Of a stretch of DNA of 64,000 nucleotides, positions 60,691 through 64,000 are shown piece after piece (within the stretch, counting starts at the first letter, position 1; each line of letters starts with the position of its first letter). The stretch spans positions 34,782,001 through 34,846,000 of the forward strand of contig NC_134478.1 of assembly GCF_964194025.1 (NCBI RefSeq). The letters run 5' to 3'. The stretch comes from Convolutriloba macropyga (Eukaryota). Under the pieces are notes generated by a model that was given only the letters and a program-made list of their open reading frames with translations, was not told where the DNA came from and searched no databases. The position numbers and the translations under genes are program-made.

Positions 60691-62933
60691 TATTTAGCAT
60701 ATAGAGTAATGAGGCTTAAGAGTGGTCTTTGTTCACTTTAGCAGCCAACTAATAATTAGAAAAACTTTTCAGAGAACGACATCCCTTCGTCAATTTTTTA
60801 ATGAACTTCAGTGTGAAGTTCATTGAATAAACGAACGACAGAAAATTGTATAAGCTGAATTTGAAATTTTTTTGACAATGTTATTTTATCAACAAAAAAT
60901 AGTGAACTCAAAGCAATTTGTCCGAAAAACTCGATCTTTAAACTGGCACCTTTTTATATGTAACCATATATAGATTGGAAAAACTGAATCATTTACCCTG
61001 AAAATCTGACAAGAGAAAAAAATACAAAATTTTTGCTTAGCTTCTGATTCCTTTTGTCCGTTCTTTTATGAACTTCAATAATTGTATTTTTGTGTGGTTT
61101 CGGACACATTCAGTCAGAGTGAGTTCATAAAATTTGATGCCTTGTTTTCAGGGATCATTTTAATTTTTAAAGAGATTTCCTATTATACCGCTTTCATAAC
61201 TGCCAGCAAGGGATCTCGATGGGCCGGGCTCAACTTGCAATTTCGAAATATCAGAACTACGTCGCCATCGTTGTTCTATTTCCTGTTAATCTTACGCAAG
61301 GCGTTTTTCTTTCAGTTGTGTTTAATGGCGATTCAGGAAAGGTATCAAACATTCTCATATTTCTAAGTCTCTGGAGCTTGGTGAATTTTTTGAGGCTTTA
61401 TTGCTATTTGAGTATTCGTCGAAGAAAACAAATCAAAAACACCCAATTTTACAAACCACTGAAAGTTGCATTCAGTTTTTTTTTGTAAACTTTGGCATCT
61501 TTTTCCAGTTATATAGTCATTTTAACAAAGAATTCTTTTATCTCAGTTTAAAAAAGTTCGCCAGTGGAAATGGTATACAATTTTACAGAAAATCATAAGA
61601 GATGGAAAAGTAAGCAGCTGATATAATCAAATAATAATTCACGAAAACAATATCAGAGCCTATAAAAGATTAATATGAATAAATTAAAAGTTATGGTTGT
61701 TGTACACATGCAATAAAAATTGAAACAAATGAAACTATAAGGTGAAAAAGCTGTGCGAAGTATCATTCTTATATGCCCTCCGAACTGCTGAGTGACTATA
61801 ATTGTTCAAAATTTTGCCGGCTGACTGTGTATGTCATTATACAATTTAACTAAGGTCAAAAGAGCGAAAATAATCCTGAAAATTCCAACCCCCGTGAAGT
61901 AATGCGTTTTGAACTATCAATCAGAACCCACTTTTGAATCTTTTGGTCGTTGTCTCCGCTGTCAAACTCGGATTCCATTTTCTTGTTGGTTTGACTGAAT
62001 TCTGTATAAAAAATTATTGCTGATCTTAAAACATTGCATCGGACTCTCTTATATGTTTCAAATATAAAATGAACATTTTGTTTAACACCAAGTTCAAGAT
62101 CTATTTCTAATACTTCGATAAATTAAGTTGTAATTGCTATTTTAGGGGTTTAGATGTTGTGAATAGCTCCAGTCAGTTACTATGTTTTAACAGTTTATCA
62201 CGTTTTGTAATCTTAAAGAATTTTCATTCTGTTTTTTTTTTTTCATTTTGGCTGTTATGAAATTAAGGAGCGTATTGTATGGGACAATTTCGATGAGGTT
62301 TTAGCTATTCACAAAAAAGAAGTTATGTACAATTTGAAACGTAAATCGTTAGTATCCGGGATCTGTAATGAGCAATTAATTCGTTATACCTACTTGAAGC
62401 TAAAGACTCATCCAGACAGTTTTTCAAAAACAAATTGTTGATGCAAACTAGTTGTTTCAATGAGATTTGAGTGAATGCTTTAAACCGGTGATGCTATCAA
62501 TTTTTGCATGTTCCAAAACTTTTCCAATTTTTAGGTAAGGGCCAGGTAAACCATTTTCATTTCTTTTAATTTAATTTTGAAAAAACCGTGCTTTGTTTAT
62601 AAAATTTTGTAGGTGGCTTCCATTCGCTCAAATTTTCTCTTTTGTTTACGGATGTTTATCAAATATAGTTTGACCGCAGCATGTTGTTGAATCTTATAGT
62701 TTACTACCAAGGAACGTTGAAAAACAAGCAGAAAAAATCGTTCAATGAATTTGGTTTTTTCACATTTTTTTTCATAACAGATGCAAAAGCTGAAATGGTG
62801 AGATGTGGCAATGCCAAAGAAAAAAACTATCTTAAAATTTCCGTGTTTCTGATTCACAATTAGATCTCCGATATGCACAGATACTTTTATCTTTACCTTA
62901 CATACTTTTACCCAAGAATTGTGCTAACAGTTT

Positions 62934-64000
62934 CTATCGACGATAGCTCAAAAGCACAAATTACTAAAATTGTTGACAAATCTGACATATAATTTCAAAG
63001 TTTCTATAATTTAAAGGAAAATCGATTTAATGGCTTTTTTTCAAGCCCACTAATTACTCTAATCTTAAAATTAAAACCAGGGCAGTGAAAAAATTCAGAC
63101 TAAATTGGGCAAAATTGCTTGATTCATGTGTACCTTTTGCTGCGTAATGAAATGATAAAGTTTGAGCATCAACGGTCAGGGTCTTTCTGCTTTACTTTTG
63201 TCACTTAACAGCAGGAGAAAAAACTCTATTTTAAAATATATCCTTTCGCAACTCTTTTCAATATATTTGTCATTTTTTGGCATGTTCAATTTAAACATTG
63301 ATTGATTTAAACTTTGATTTGGAAAAGACGCCGGAGACAGTTGATCAAGATATTGATCGTAAAAATACACAATTAAATTTCAGGTTTTATATTCCAACTG
63401 ACCTGTGAAACACAGTGAAGCTGAGGAGAAAAACTCAGAGCACAGTTCTGTGCCAAAAATAAAACCGTTTGGAGACTTGGTTTTTCTGTTTCAAAATTAT
63501 ATCACTGATATGCATAGAGTAATTTTACCTGTGCGGAAAATTTATTTCGATACAGACAAAACTAATCAAAAGGCTCTGCGTGTATGAAAAATGCGAAATA
63601 AAATAAATAAAAATTGATGCAATAAAAGATCGGTTGATAAATTCAGTCTTCAAGTTTCAACAGAGAGAATCAAAAATTTTTCAATATTGTGGCAACACAA
63701 ACTAATATTATTTCAACCCAAAAAAATTGTTTATCAAAAGAGCCATTATATAAATCAAAGATTGAAAGTGGAACACAACAATATAGTTACTTCTGAATCA
63801 GAGAGAATCAAAATTTTTTTAAATTTTCTGGCAACGAAAAGTTATACTAATTGTACCCGAAACCAAAATGTTCTATCAAGTGAACCGTTATATAAATTAA
63901 AGATTGAAAGTTGAACACAACAGTATATTTACTTCTGAATCTGAGAACAAAATCTGAACTTATGATATACGTTGAAAACTGTCGCATGTTAACGTTTCCT
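62934..64000 (+). repeat. Diverged direct repeat, copy 2, with an internal ~140-bp tandem duplication; runs off the window
   Basis: Homologous to 59748-60690; the AAAGATTGAAAGT...TTACTTCTGAATC block occurs twice (~63757 and ~63899). Confidence 0.85.

Overview
AT-rich eukaryotic (invertebrate animal) genomic DNA with GT-AG introns and two assembly gaps; no prokaryotic features, rRNA or tRNA were found. Left to right: (1) a decayed BEL/Pao LTR retrotransposon on the minus strand (~1489-10662), whose leader carries four ~161-bp-spaced conserved cores and whose two LTRs are unevenly diverged. (2) The 5' part of a RIPOR/FAM65-family gene on the minus strand, with four coding exons at 19017-11213 that the ORF track largely misses; it probably continues past the window start, which would place the BEL element in an intron. 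(3) Three ~2.5-2.7 kb non-autonomous Helentron (HINE/DINE-1-like) elements and a Tc1/mariner-type MITE. (4) A 4-exon plus-strand gene (30331-37082) for a 902-aa low-complexity protein with one C-terminal transmembrane helix and an SxIP motif. (5) A tropomyosin gene (44357-58571) whose last two exons are duplicated in tandem as a two-exon cassette (4a-5a, 4b-5b), predicting two 285-aa isoforms; the cassettes are flanked by asymmetric RBFOX/QKI/YCAY motifs and a competing-hairpin region. (6) Diverged dispersed repeats at the right end. Gene models were derived by hand from splice sites and reading-frame continuity; family assignments come from motif recognition, not database searches.
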